In this document: positions 48,242 through 57,712 of the stretch, piece after piece
Layout: each line of letters opens with the position of its first letter
How positions within the stretch are numbered: position 1 is the stretch's first letter
Assembly (NCBI GenBank): GCA_041395385.1
Contig: JAWLAN010000014.1
Coordinates: 54,189 to 118,188 of the forward strand
Direction: 5' to 3'
DNA from: Gammaproteobacteria bacterium
GTDB lineage: Bacteria; Pseudomonadota; Gammaproteobacteria; JAJPIJ01
Length of the DNA stretch: 64,000 bases
Translations under genes and position numbers: made by a program
The notes under the pieces: generated by a model
Seen by the model: only the letters and a program-made list of their open reading frames with translations
Told to the model about the DNA's origin: nothing
The model's database searches: none

Positions 48242-49085
48242 AATGATCGGCGAGCGCCTCCTGCATCGCGGCCTGGGCGGCGTGGAGCTGTTCGACTTTC
48301 CGCAGCAGTCCTGTGGCGAGCTGCGCCGCACGCTGGCCGGGCTGAGCCGGGAGGGCTATACGCGACTGAGCTTCCACTCCCCGATGCCGAGGCCGACCTA
48401 CTTCTGCCACAGCGGGGTGAGCTGCTTCTTCCTCCACGAAGACGCGTCGCTGCGCTATCTCTCCTACAGCGTGATCGAGGAGACGCTCAGCCACGCACGC
48501 GCATGGAACGCGGCCTACGTGGTGACGCACCTCACCTATGGGAAGACCGACACCAAGGACCGGGATTACGCGGTGCAACTGGCGCGTGCGGCCTGCATCC
48601 GGCTGGCGGCGCTGAGCGATCGCTACGAGATGCCGATTGACATCGAGTTCGCCGCCTACTCGAGCGCGTTCGCAAGTCCCGGGGACTTCCTCGCGGCCAT
48701 GAGCGGCTATCCGCAGCTCGGGATCTGCATCGACACCGGCCACGCCTCGCTGGGAGCCCGGATCCGGCAGCGCTCGTACATGGAGGACATACGCGCGCTC
48801 GCGCCGCGGGCTCGTTCCATGCACCTGTGGAACACGCGCGGCCCGGAGGATCCGCTGCATCGCGGGCACGTGCCGCTGCACCCGACGCAGAGCCCCGAGC
48901 AGGGCTGGGTCGACATGGAGGAGACCTTGCGCATCGTGCTCGGGCACAACCCGCGCATCAACATCGTCTTCGAGTACCCCGTCGCGGAGCTGACGGCGGA
49001 GATACGCGAGGGCTACGACTGGATCGCCGGGCTGGTCCGGCGCCACGCAAAAGACCAACAACCGCTACCAGGGGCATCGGCATGA
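48228..49085 (+). CDS. xylose-isomerase-like TIM-barrel (sugar phosphate isomerase/epimerase family) protein
   Basis: 285 aa with 'YVVTHL', 'IEFAAY', 'ICIDTGHA' and 'MHLWN', which look like the metal-ligand positions of this fold. It overlaps the molybdoenzyme stop. Confidence 0.65.
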   Translation: MQPTEMIGERLLHRGLGGVELFDFPQQSCGELRRTLAGLSREGYTRLSFHSPMPRPTYFCHSGVSCFFLHEDASLRYLSYSVIEETLSHARAWNAAYVVTHLTYGKTDTKDRDYAVQLARAACIRLAALSDRYEMPIDIEFAAYSSAFASPGDFLAAMSGYPQLGICIDTGHASLGARIRQRSYMEDIRALAPRARSMHLWNTRGPEDPLHRGHVPLHPTQSPEQGWVDMEETLRIVLGHNPRINIVFEYPVAELTAEIREGYDWIAGLVRRHAKDQQPLPGASA

Positions 49086-50566
49086 AGGAATTCAGGGTAC
49101 TGCTCATCAACTGCAACACCATGCTGGACACGCTCGTGACCGCCGGCATCGGGATACTGGCCGCGTGCCTGAAGAACAGCGGCGTCGAGGTGCGACTGTT
49201 CGACACCACCTTCTACAGGACCGCAGAGAAGACCGGCGACGAGGCGCGGGCGCAGGCCCTGCAGGTGAGAAAAACCGACTTCGCCGAGCTGGGCATCGTT
49301 CCCGAGGCCGGCGACGTCGTCGAGGACTTCCGCGACCTCGTCGAGTCCTACCGGCCGGATCTCATCGGTCTGTCCTGCATCGAGGTCACCTTCCCGCTCG
49401 GGCTGAGGCTGCTGAACGCGGTGCGCCACACCGGCATTCCGACGATCGCCGGCGGCGTGTATCCGACCTTCGCGCCGGACATCGTCATGCGCCACGCGGC
49501 GATCGACATGGTGTGCGTGGGCGAGGGCGAGCTGCCGCTCATGGAACTGTGCGAGAAGATGCGCCGGGGCGAGGACATCACCGCCATCCGCAACGTCTGG
49601 ATCAAGTGCGACGGCAAGCTCTACAAGAACCCGGTGCGCCCCGGCATCGACATGCGCCAGCTGCCCTACCAGGACTGGGACGTGTACGACCGTCGGCGGT
49701 TCTGGAAGCCCATGGGAGGGAAGATCTCGGTGACCGGCACCTTCGAGATGAACCGCGGCTGCCCCTACACCTGCACCTACTGCATCAACTCCGGGTTCGA
49801 TCAGCTCTACGGCCCGCTGGGCGGCTACTACCGCGAGCAGGACATCGGGCGGCTCATCGACGAGATGCTGGAGAAGAAGGAGAAGTACAACCTCGCCTAC
49901 GTCTACCTCGTGGCGGAGAGCTTTCTCACCACCAGCCGCAAGCGCGTTGAGGAGTTCGCGCGCCGCTACCCGGAGGTCGGACTGCCGTTCTGGGTGGAGG
50001 CGCGCCCGGAGTCGATCTCGACGGCCAAGGTGCAGGTCCTGAAGGACGTCGGCTGCGAGGGGATCAGCGTCGGTGTGGAGAGCGGCAACGAAGACTTGCG
50101 GCGCAACGTGCTGGGCCGCAACGTCGCCAACGACACCATCATCAAGGCCTTCGACCTGCTCGCCGACACCGGCATCCGGGTGAGCGCCAACAACATCATC
50201 GGCTTCCCCACCGAGACGCGCGAGATGATCTTCGAGACCATCGAGCTCGACCGGCGCATCCAGCCGCACGGCGTCATGGTCAGCTTCTTCAGCCCCTACC
50301 GCGGCTGCACCCTGCGCGAGGTCTGCGAGACCGAGGGCTACATCGGCGCGGAGGACATCGCCCTGGACTACCGCCTCGGGCCGACCATGGACATGCCGCA
50401 GTTGCGCCGTCGCGAGCTCGTCGGCCTGCACCGCGCCTTCCCGCTCTACGTCAAGTTCCCGAAGAGCGAGTGGGACAACATCCGGATCTGCGAAGGCGAA
50501 GGTCCGGAGGCGGAGGCGGCGTTCAGCGAGTACGCGCGCCGCTACGTCGAGACTTTCATGCGCTAG
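49082..50566 (+). CDS. B12-binding-domain radical SAM protein
   Basis: The ATG overlaps the upstream stop (ATGA). The N-terminal B12-like domain includes 'VLLINCN...LIGLSC' and 'IAGGVYPT'. The radical SAM motif is 'RGCPYTCTYC'. Confidence 0.85.
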   Translation: MKEFRVLLINCNTMLDTLVTAGIGILAACLKNSGVEVRLFDTTFYRTAEKTGDEARAQALQVRKTDFAELGIVPEAGDVVEDFRDLVESYRPDLIGLSCIEVTFPLGLRLLNAVRHTGIPTIAGGVYPTFAPDIVMRHAAIDMVCVGEGELPLMELCEKMRRGEDITAIRNVWIKCDGKLYKNPVRPGIDMRQLPYQDWDVYDRRRFWKPMGGKISVTGTFEMNRGCPYTCTYCINSGFDQLYGPLGGYYREQDIGRLIDEMLEKKEKYNLAYVYLVAESFLTTSRKRVEEFARRYPEVGLPFWVEARPESISTAKVQVLKDVGCEGISVGVESGNEDLRRNVLGRNVANDTIIKAFDLLADTGIRVSANNIIGFPTETREMIFETIELDRRIQPHGVMVSFFSPYRGCTLREVCETEGYIGAEDIALDYRLGPTMDMPQLRRRELVGLHRAFPLYVKFPKSEWDNIRICEGEGPEAEAAFSEYARRYVETFMR

Positions 50567-50585
50567 CCGGCGGATCCGCGCGCAC

Positions 50586-51506
50586 ATGTCCAGGGTCGCA
50601 TTTCTCGGCACGGGTATCATGGGATCGGCCATGGTCCGGCGCCTGCTCGCCTGCGGTCACGAGGTCGTCGTCTACAACCGCACGGCCCCCAAGGCCGCGC
50701 CGCTCCAGGAGGCGGGCGCGGTGCTCGCACGCAGTGCGACGGACGCGGTCACCGGGGCGAGCTTCGTCGTTTCCATGGTGGGCGACGACGAGGCCTCGCG
50801 GGAGATCTGGCTGGGCGCGCGCGGGGCGCTGGCGGGGCGTCCCGCCGCCGAGGTGATCGCCATCGAGCACTCCACCCTTTCGCACGACTGGATCCGGGAG
50901 TTGAGTGGCGTGCTCTCGAACGTCGGGGTGCCGTTCATCGACGCTCCCGTCACCGGCGGCCCGGACGGCGCCGCGGCCGGCGAACTGACCGTGCTCGCCG
51001 GGGCCGAAGGCGCGACGCTCGAGCAGGCCCGCGCACTGCTGCAGGCCTACGCGCGCGAGCTGGTGCATTTCGGCCCGCCGGGTGCGGGCACCGCCTACAA
51101 GCTCATCGTCAATCTCATCGCCACGGCGCAGATCACGGCGCTCGCCGAGGGGATGTCGGCCGCGGAGCGGGCGGGCCTGGACCTCGCGCTCGTCGCCGCG
51201 ACGCTGCGCAAGGGCACGGTCGCGAGCCCGGTGGTCAGGTACCTCACCGAGCGGATCGCGCAGGGCGATCACGATCACGTCTATTTCGCCACGCGCTGGC
51301 GATCCAAGGACGCCGGCTACGGGCTGCGGCTGGCCGCCGAGCTCGGCCAGCCGGTACCCACCTGCGAGGCGGCCGGCAAGCTCTTCGAGCTGGCAATGCA
51401 GGCCGGCCTCGGCGAGCGGAACTCCAGCGTGATCGTCGAGGTGCTGCGCCGCCTGGCTGACCGCCAGGGCGACACGGCGTCGACACCGATGATTCCACGA
51501 CCATGA
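50586..51506 (+). CDS. NAD(P)-dependent oxidoreductase, 3-hydroxyisobutyrate/6-phosphogluconate dehydrogenase family
   Basis: Motifs include 'VAFLGTGIMGSAMVRRL', 'FIDAPVTGG' and 'AYKLIVN'. Confidence 0.8.
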   Translation: MSRVAFLGTGIMGSAMVRRLLACGHEVVVYNRTAPKAAPLQEAGAVLARSATDAVTGASFVVSMVGDDEASREIWLGARGALAGRPAAEVIAIEHSTLSHDWIRELSGVLSNVGVPFIDAPVTGGPDGAAAGELTVLAGAEGATLEQARALLQAYARELVHFGPPGAGTAYKLIVNLIATAQITALAEGMSAAERAGLDLALVAATLRKGTVASPVVRYLTERIAQGDHDHVYFATRWRSKDAGYGLRLAAELGQPVPTCEAAGKLFELAMQAGLGERNSSVIVEVLRRLADRQGDTASTPMIPRP

Positions 51507-51560
51507 ACCTGCCCGATTCGCCTCACGCGGCAGACGCCGCCCTCATGCCGGTGCCGATGC

Positions 51561-52563
51561 ATGCGCCCGCGCATTGAGCTGGTGTGCCCGGCCGGCGGCC
51601 TGCCGGCGCTGAAGGCCGCGGTCGACAACGGCGCCGACGCCGTGTACATCGGCTTTCGCGACGGCACCAATGCGCGCAACTTCCCGGGCCTGGGATTCAG
51701 CGCCGAGGAGGCCGCGCAGGGCGTGGACTACGCGCACACGCGCGGCGCGCAGGTGCTGGCGGCGCTCAACACCTACCCGGACACCGAGCGCTGGGGCGCG
51801 GCCACGGCCGCACTCGCGACCGCGGCCTCCGTCGGGGTGGACGCCGTCATCCTCGCCGACCCGGGCCTGATGGCGCACGCCGCGCGCGCGCACCCCGGCC
51901 TGCGGCTGCACCTCTCGGTGCAGGGCTCGGCCACCAACCGCCACGCGATCGCCTTCTATCACCGCCACTTCGGCGTGCGGCGCGTGGTGCTGCCGCGCGT
52001 GCTGTCGCTGGCGCAGGTGCTGAGCCTGGTCGGCAAGGTCCCGGTGGAGATCGGTGTTCTGCTTCGGCAGCCTGGCGTGATGGTCGGGCCGCTGCGCGCT
52101 GTCGGCGTACGTTACCGGCAAGTCGCCCAACGTGCACGGCGTGTGCTCGCCCGCCTCGGCCGTGCGCTGGGAGGAGACTGCCGCGGGCCGGCAGTCGCGC
52201 GTCGGCGGCATGCTGATCGATCGCTACCAGGACGGTCAGCCGGCAGCCTATCCGACCATCTGCAAGGGCCGCTACCGCGTCGGCGACCACGTCTATTACG
52301 CGATCGAGGAGCCCACCAGCCTCAACGTGATCGAGATCCTCCCCGAGCTGGTCCGGGGAGGCGTGGCCGCGCTGAAGGTGGAGGGCCGCCAGCGCGGTCC
52401 CGCCTACGTGGCGCGCGTCACGAAGGTGCTGCGCGCCGCCCTCGATGCCTGCTGCGCCGACCCCGCGCGGTTCACCCCGCGGCAGGAATGGCTGGACGAG
52501 CTCAACTCCATGGCCGAGGGCCGCTGTCACACCCTCGGCGCCTATCACCGCCCATGGCAATGA
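51561..52563 (+). pseudogene. ubiU: UbiU (U32-family O2-independent ubiquinone hydroxylase subunit), disrupted by clustered indels at 52052-52090
   Basis: The N-terminal half is in frame 1: 'ELVCPAGGLPALKAAVDNGADAVYIG...GTNARNF'. The C-terminal half is in frame +1: 'CSPASAVRWEE...LIDRYQDGQPAAYPTICKGRY...LGAYHRPWQ'. The segment for 'FGSLC.M.EGRC' reads 'FGSLA*WSGRC', with a TGA at 52078-52080. Confidence 0.7.
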
Positions 52564-53450
52564 AGCTCTCTCTCGCACCCATACCCTGGTTCTGGGAACG
52601 CGCGCGCGTCTTCGACTTCTACGCGTCGATCGCCGCGACGCCGATCGACATCGTCTATCTCGGCGAGACCGTCTGTTCGAAGCGGCGCGAGCTGCGGCCG
52701 GAGGACTGGCTGCAGATCGCCGCGGCGCTGTCCGAGGCCGGCAAGGAGGCGGTGCTCTCGACGCTGACCCTCATCGAGGCGGAATCCGAGCTCGCGACGC
52801 TGAAGCGCATCGTGGAAAACGGCCGTTACCTGGTCGAGGCCAACGACATGGCCGCCGTGGAGATGCTGAGCGAGCGCGAGCTGCCGTTCGTGATCGGCCC
52901 GCAGGTGAACGTCTACAACGGCGAGACCCTGGCGCTGCTGGCGCGCCTCGGCGCGCGCCGCTGGGTGGTGCCGACGGAGATCTCCAGGGCACAGCTCGCC
53001 GCCCTGCCCGACCGGCGCTTCCTGCAGATGCAGACCGAGGTGCAGATATACGGCGACCTTGCGCTCGCCTACTCGGCGCGCTGCTACACCGCCCGCGCGC
53101 ACAACCTGCAGAAGGACGCCTGCGCCTTCGTCTGCCGCGAGTATCCCGACGGCCTGCCGCTGGCCACCATGGAGGATGAGCCCTTTCTCGTGCTGAACGG
53201 CATCCAGACCCGCTCCGCGGCCGTCTGCGACCTGCTGGCGGATTGGGACGACTTCGGGGCCCTGCAGATCGAGGTCGGCCGCATCGTGCCGCGGTCCACG
53301 GGCACGGCGCGGATCATCGACCTCGCGCACCAGGTGGCCGTGGGCCGCCTGGACGCCGCCGCCGCGGCGCGCGAGCTCGCCGCGCAACGGGCAGCGCCGC
53401 ACTGCAACGGCCACTGGCACGGTGCAGCCGGGATGGAGCAGGTGGGATGA
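52560..53450 (+). CDS. ubiV: UbiV (U32-family partner of UbiU)
   Basis: 'MKLSLAPIPWFWERARVFDFY...YLGETVCSKRR', 'LALAYSARCYTARA...KDAC..VC' and 'VLNGIQT' match my recollection of E. coli YhbV. The ATG overlaps the ubiU stop. Confidence 0.85.
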   Translation: MKLSLAPIPWFWERARVFDFYASIAATPIDIVYLGETVCSKRRELRPEDWLQIAAALSEAGKEAVLSTLTLIEAESELATLKRIVENGRYLVEANDMAAVEMLSERELPFVIGPQVNVYNGETLALLARLGARRWVVPTEISRAQLAALPDRRFLQMQTEVQIYGDLALAYSARCYTARAHNLQKDACAFVCREYPDGLPLATMEDEPFLVLNGIQTRSAAVCDLLADWDDFGALQIEVGRIVPRSTGTARIIDLAHQVAVGRLDAAAAARELAAQRAAPHCNGHWHGAAGMEQVG

Positions 53451-53456
53451 GGGAGG

Positions 53457-53957
53457 CTAGCGCGCGGCGATCGCGGCGCGGGCCCGGCGCAGGCCGCGCA
53501 CCGCATGCCCCGCGATCGGGGCCGGCAGCACCGCGCGCAGGTGCGCCTCCCAGTCGAACTCCTGCGCGTCGAGCAGGTTCTTGACGTGCACGCCGACCTC
53601 GGTGTCACCCTCGATGCACAGCCGGCGCTGGAAGAACAGCGCGTCGGGGTCCTCGCGCCGCGTGGCCAGCCGCAGGAATCCCTCCACGTCGCCGCGGATG
53701 ACGACGTCGGGCGCGCGCGTGTCCACGGCGCGCAGCCGACCGCCATCGATGCGGAAACACACCGTGCGCCTCAGATCGGTGACCTCGATGGCGACGCTGC
53801 GCCCGTCGATCTCGCGCAGGCGCGAGCTGAAGGCCTGGCCGCGCGCGAGGTGGTTGAACAGCAGCGCGCCGGCCGGGGCCTGCAGCGCGCCGGGCACGAT
53901 ACGCAACGACCAGCGCAGCAGTTGCGAGGCGCGTGAGATGCAAGAGGAGGCGGACAT
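53457..53957 (-). CDS. ubiT: UbiT (SCP2-domain ubiquinone biosynthesis accessory factor)
   Basis: The last 166 codons of the 1181-aa track ORF. '[31 protein letters not shown]' matches YhbT 'RKQDPDTLFFQRRLVIEGDTELGLYVKNLMD'. Confidence 0.8.
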   Translation of the reverse strand: MSASSCISRASQLLRWSLRIVPGALQAPAGALLFNHLARGQAFSSRLREIDGRSVAIEVTDLRRTVCFRIDGGRLRAVDTRAPDVVIRGDVEGFLRLATRREDPDALFFQRRLCIEGDTEVGVHVKNLLDAQEFDWEAHLRAVLPAPIAGHAVRGLRRARAAIAAR

Positions 53958-53994
53958 GCAGATCGCTTTATCGTCCGTCGGCGCGGGCGGCCGG

Positions 53995-54008
53995 TTGATC
54001 CGGATCAG
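53995..54008. promoter_or_regulatory. FNR-type box TTGAT-CCGG-ATCAG in the ubiT/ubiD divergent region
   Basis: It matches 9 of 10 consensus positions. Its centre is about 44 nt upstream of the ubiT ATG, and the box ends 7 nt before the ubiD ATG. Confidence 0.55.
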
Positions 54009-54014
54009 GCGGCG

Positions 54015-55481
54015 ATGATCTTCCGGGACCTGCGCGAGTTCATCGTTTGCCTGGAGGCCATGGGCGATCTGCGCCGCGTTCGCCAGACCCTGGATCCATG
54101 CCTGGAGATCACCGAGGTCTGCCACCGCACGCTGCGCGCCGGCGGACCGGCCCTGCTGTTCGAGCATCCCGCGGGCGGCGAGATGCCCCTGCTCGGCAAC
54201 CTGTTCGGGACGGTGCAGCGCGTGGCGCTGGCGCTGGGCTGCAAGAATACCCGGGAGCTGCGCGAGCTCGGCGAGCTGCTCGCCTTTCTCAAGGAACCGC
54301 GCTGGCCGAACGGCCTGGGCGAGGCCCTGGAGCGGCTGCCGCAGTTCCGCAGGCTGATGCACGTGACGCCGCGCGTGGTCGATCGCGCCGCCTGCCAGGA
54401 GCAGGTGCTGGAAGGCGACGAGGTGGATCTCGCGCGACTGCCGGTGCAGACCTGCTGGCCGGGTGACGCCGGTCGGCTCATCACCTGGGGCATGGTGATC
54501 ACGAGGGGCCCTGCCAAGGAGCGGCTGAACATCGGCATCTACCGCCAGCAGGTCATCGCGCGCAACAAGGTGATCATGCGCTGGCTCCCGCACCGCGGCG
54601 GCGCGATCGACTTCCAGGAGTGGTGCGCGGCCCGCCCGGGCGAGGCGTTTCCGGTCGCGGTGGCCATCGGCGCCGACCCGGCGACCATGCTGGCGGCGGT
54701 GACGCCGATCCCGGACACCATCTCGGAGTTCCAGTTCGCCGGCCTGCTGCGCGGCGCCCGCAGCGAGGTCGTCCGCTGCCGGGGAGTACCGCTGCAGGTC
54801 CCCGCCTCCGCGGAGATCGTGCTGGAGGGCCACATCACTCCCGGCGAGGAGGCGCTGGAGGGCCCGTTCGGCGATCACACCGGCTACTACAATGCGCAGG
54901 CTCGCTTTCCCGTCTTCACCATCGATCGCATCACGCATCGCGGCGGTCCGATCTATCTGGGCACCTACATGGGTCGCTCGCCGCACGACGAACCCTCGGT
55001 CATGGCCTCGGCCCTGAACGAGGTATTCGTGCCGATCCTGCGCAAGGCATTCCCGGAGATCGTGGACTTCTACCTGCCGCCGGAGGCCTGCTCCTATCGG
55101 GTGGCGGTGGTGAGCATCCGCAAGCGCTACGCCGGCCATGCCAGGCGCATCATGTTCGGCGTTTGGTCCTACCTGCGCCAGTTCACCTACACGAAGTTCG
55201 TGATCGTCACCGACGAGGACATCGACGTACGGGACTGGCAGGAGGTGATGTGGGCGATCGCCACGCGCATGGACCCGGCGCGCGACACGGTGCTGGTGGA
55301 GAACACGCCGATCGATTACCTGGATTTCGCCAGCCCCGTGGCCGGCCTCGGCTCCAAGGCCGGCTTCGACGCCACCAGCAAGTGGCCGGGGGAGACGCAG
55401 CGGGATTGGGGACGCCCGATCGCCATGAGCGAGGCCGTCAAGCGGCGCATCGACGCGATCTGGGGGGAGCTCGGCCTCTGA
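54015..55481 (+). CDS. ubiD: 4-hydroxy-3-polyprenylbenzoate decarboxylase UbiD
   Basis: 488 aa. Motifs include '[18 protein letters not shown]', 'GNLFGT', 'YRQQVI' and '[11 protein letters not shown]'. Confidence 0.9.
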   Translation: MIFRDLREFIVCLEAMGDLRRVRQTLDPCLEITEVCHRTLRAGGPALLFEHPAGGEMPLLGNLFGTVQRVALALGCKNTRELRELGELLAFLKEPRWPNGLGEALERLPQFRRLMHVTPRVVDRAACQEQVLEGDEVDLARLPVQTCWPGDAGRLITWGMVITRGPAKERLNIGIYRQQVIARNKVIMRWLPHRGGAIDFQEWCAARPGEAFPVAVAIGADPATMLAAVTPIPDTISEFQFAGLLRGARSEVVRCRGVPLQVPASAEIVLEGHITPGEEALEGPFGDHTGYYNAQARFPVFTIDRITHRGGPIYLGTYMGRSPHDEPSVMASALNEVFVPILRKAFPEIVDFYLPPEACSYRVAVVSIRKRYAGHARRIMFGVWSYLRQFTYTKFVIVTDEDIDVRDWQEVMWAIATRMDPARDTVLVENTPIDYLDFASPVAGLGSKAGFDATSKWPGETQRDWGRPIAMSEAVKRRIDAIWGELGL

Positions 55482-55661
55482 GCCGCCGGCCGCGCGCGGG
55501 TGGCCGGACCCGCCATCCAGGCCGCGCCTCGGCAGCACCGGGCGATGGCGATCGCGGCCGGGCTCCATGGGCGCGCGGAGATCTTGATCCGGGTCATTTA
55601 CGCGGCCGACCGCAGGCGTATCACGCCTCCTTACAGTCTCCCCGGAGCGGAGGACCCGATC

Positions 55662-57602
55662 GTGCCCGACGCCGCGATGCCGCAGGCGGGGCTTCCGCCG
55701 GGCCGGCCGGTGCCCGTGCGGCTGCTCCTCGTCAACCCGCGCTTCCCTGAAAGCTTCTGGAGCTTTCGCTGGGCACTCGGCCGCATCCTGCCGGGCAAGC
55801 GCGCCCTGAATCCTCCCCTCGGGCTCGCCACGCTGGCGGCCCTGTGCCCGCCGCACTGGTCCGTGGAGATCGTCGACGAGAACGTCGAGACCGTGCCGCT
55901 GCATCCGGCGGCCGATCTCGTCGGCGTCTGCGGCATGGGGGTGCAGTTCCCTCGTCAGCAGGAGCTGCTGCGCTACTATCGCGGCAAGGGCTATTACGTC
56001 GTGGCCGGAGGCAGCTACGCCTCCCTGTGCCCCGAGCGCTACACGGAGACTGCCGACACCGTCGTCGCCGGCGAGGCCGAGAACATCTGGCCCGCGTTCT
56101 GCTCGGATTACGCGTGCGGGCGGCCCAGGCGGCTCTACAAGGAAGAGGGCATCGTGGATCTGCGGCGCTCGCCCGTGCCGCGGTTCGATCTCCTGAAACT
56201 CGGGCGCTACGCGACCGTCGGCGTGCAGTTCTCCCGCGGCTGCCCCTACCGCTGCGACTTCTGCGACATCATCGTGATGTTCGGCCGCCGCCCGCGGACC
56301 AAGGGCCTCGAACAGGTCGCCGCAGAGCTCGACCTGCTGCGCTCGCTGGGCGTCAGCAACCTCTTCTTCGTCGACGACAACCTCATCGGCAACCGGCCCA
56401 AGGCCAGGGAGCTGCTCGACTTCCTGGCCCGGTACCAGCAACGCCACGGCTACCGCTTCCGATTCGGAACGCAGGTCTCGCTGAACCTCGCCGAGGACCG
56501 CGATCTCATGCGGCTGCTCCGCGAGGCCAACTTCAACTGGGTCTTCGTCGGCATCGAATCGCCGGACGAGGCCAGCCTGCGGGAGATGAACAAGGTCCAG
56601 AATCTCCGCCACGACATGCTCGAGGCCGTACGCACGGTCTACGCACATGGCATCGACGTGCTGGCCGGATTCATCGTCGGCTTCGATCACGACACGGCGG
56701 AGACCTTCGAGCGTCAGCACCGCTTCATCGTGGCCTCCGGCATCCAGGTGGCGATGATCGGTCTGCTGACGGCGCTGCCCAGGACGCCGCTGTACGCGCG
56801 GCTCGCTCTCGAGGGCCGCCTGGTCGAGTCCGACGGGTCGCATTGCGACAATGCCAAGCCGCGGACCAACCTGGTGCCGAAGCGCATGAGCTATGCGGAG
56901 ATGATCGCCGGATACAAGTCGCTCTGCCGCCGCCTGTCGGTCGATCGACGCATCGCCCAGCGCATCCGCAACAAGCTGCGCTATCTCGGGGGTCCCTGCC
57001 ACAGCGGGTACTCGCTCGGATCACAAATTCGAATCGTGGCCCGCCTGGTCTTCCATGGATTGCTGCGGGCGCCCGCGAGCCGCCTGCCGTGGTTTCTGCA
57101 CTCCATGATGGCCTGCCCGCCCCGGGCCTGGGCACAGCTGGTCGCCGACTGGATAGCGGGCCTTTCCATCCAGGACTACGTGCAGCGGCACCTCGGCGAT
57201 CCATCCGTCACGGAACTGCGCCGTGCCCGGTCCACCGCCGAGTCGATCCGCCGCCGCTGGTCGCACTGTCTGCAGCGCGGGAGCCTGCAGGTCGCCGTCG
57301 AGGACGGCACTGCCGGCTGCAGCGTAATGCTCGGTTTCAAACGGGGAATCGATCGCCGCTTCTTCGCCGGGGTGGCGGGCTGTCTCAGGCGGCTCCTGCG
57401 GCGCTCCGCCGTGAGCATTACGCTGCGGGTCGATGCCATGAGCCATGGTGAATGCGCCGGACTGGCGCGTCTGCTCCGTCAGCTCGCCGCCGACGGCGAT
57501 CGAATCGCCGTCTACGTGGACGAGAGCATCCGTCACCTGCTTCCGATCGACTCCTCGGTGTTTCACCTCGTTCTAAACGCGCCCGGGGCCGCCTCGGACT
57601 GA
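55662..57602 (+). CDS. B12-binding-domain radical SAM protein with a DUF4070-like region and an extra C-terminal domain
   Basis: Motifs include 'LLLVNPRFPESFW...PPLGLATLAA', 'SRGCPYRCDFCD' and 'GIESPDEASLREMNK'. I chose the GTG at 55662, 8 nt after GGAGG; the ATG at 55677 is an alternative. Confidence 0.8.
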   Translation: MPDAAMPQAGLPPGRPVPVRLLLVNPRFPESFWSFRWALGRILPGKRALNPPLGLATLAALCPPHWSVEIVDENVETVPLHPAADLVGVCGMGVQFPRQQELLRYYRGKGYYVVAGGSYASLCPERYTETADTVVAGEAENIWPAFCSDYACGRPRRLYKEEGIVDLRRSPVPRFDLLKLGRYATVGVQFSRGCPYRCDFCDIIVMFGRRPRTKGLEQVAAELDLLRSLGVSNLFFVDDNLIGNRPKARELLDFLARYQQRHGYRFRFGTQVSLNLAEDRDLMRLLREANFNWVFVGIESPDEASLREMNKVQNLRHDMLEAVRTVYAHGIDVLAGFIVGFDHDTAETFERQHRFIVASGIQVAMIGLLTALPRTPLYARLALEGRLVESDGSHCDNAKPRTNLVPKRMSYAEMIAGYKSLCRRLSVDRRIAQRIRNKLRYLGGPCHSGYSLGSQIRIVARLVFHGLLRAPASRLPWFLHSMMACPPRAWAQLVADWIAGLSIQDYVQRHLGDPSVTELRRARSTAESIRRRWSHCLQRGSLQVAVEDGTAGCSVMLGFKRGIDRRFFAGVAGCLRRLLRRSAVSITLRVDAMSHGECAGLARLLRQLAADGDRIAVYVDESIRHLLPIDSSVFHLVLNAPGAASD

Positions 57603-57712
57603 CCGGCGCGCGCGAACGGCAGCCGGCCGCTGCGTGCGCATCGCGCTGCTCGACCGGCGTGCGACTGACTCGGGCTGTCGTCGACGCGGCGGGCACTGCA
57701 CGCCGGCACACC

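Noticed and set aside
52078-52080. In-frame TGA in ubiU as a selenocysteine codon replacing the Cys ligand
   Set aside because: The TGA is not aligned with the Cys position. The local spacing is one residue short. Flanking frame switches explain it better, and I see only a weak 4-bp hairpin downstream rather than a bacterial SECIS-like structure.
51561-53450. Single 629-aa ORF suggesting a natural UbiU-UbiV fusion
   Set aside because: The middle about 170 residues in this frame are nonsense, while the +1 frame encodes the conserved UbiU C-terminal half. UbiV has its own ATG overlapping the UbiU stop. The long ORF is an artefact of frame 1 staying open.
53457-57002. 1181-aa minus-strand ORF
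   Set aside because: Only the last 166 codons (UbiT) look like a real protein. The rest is antisense to ubiD and the radical SAM gene.
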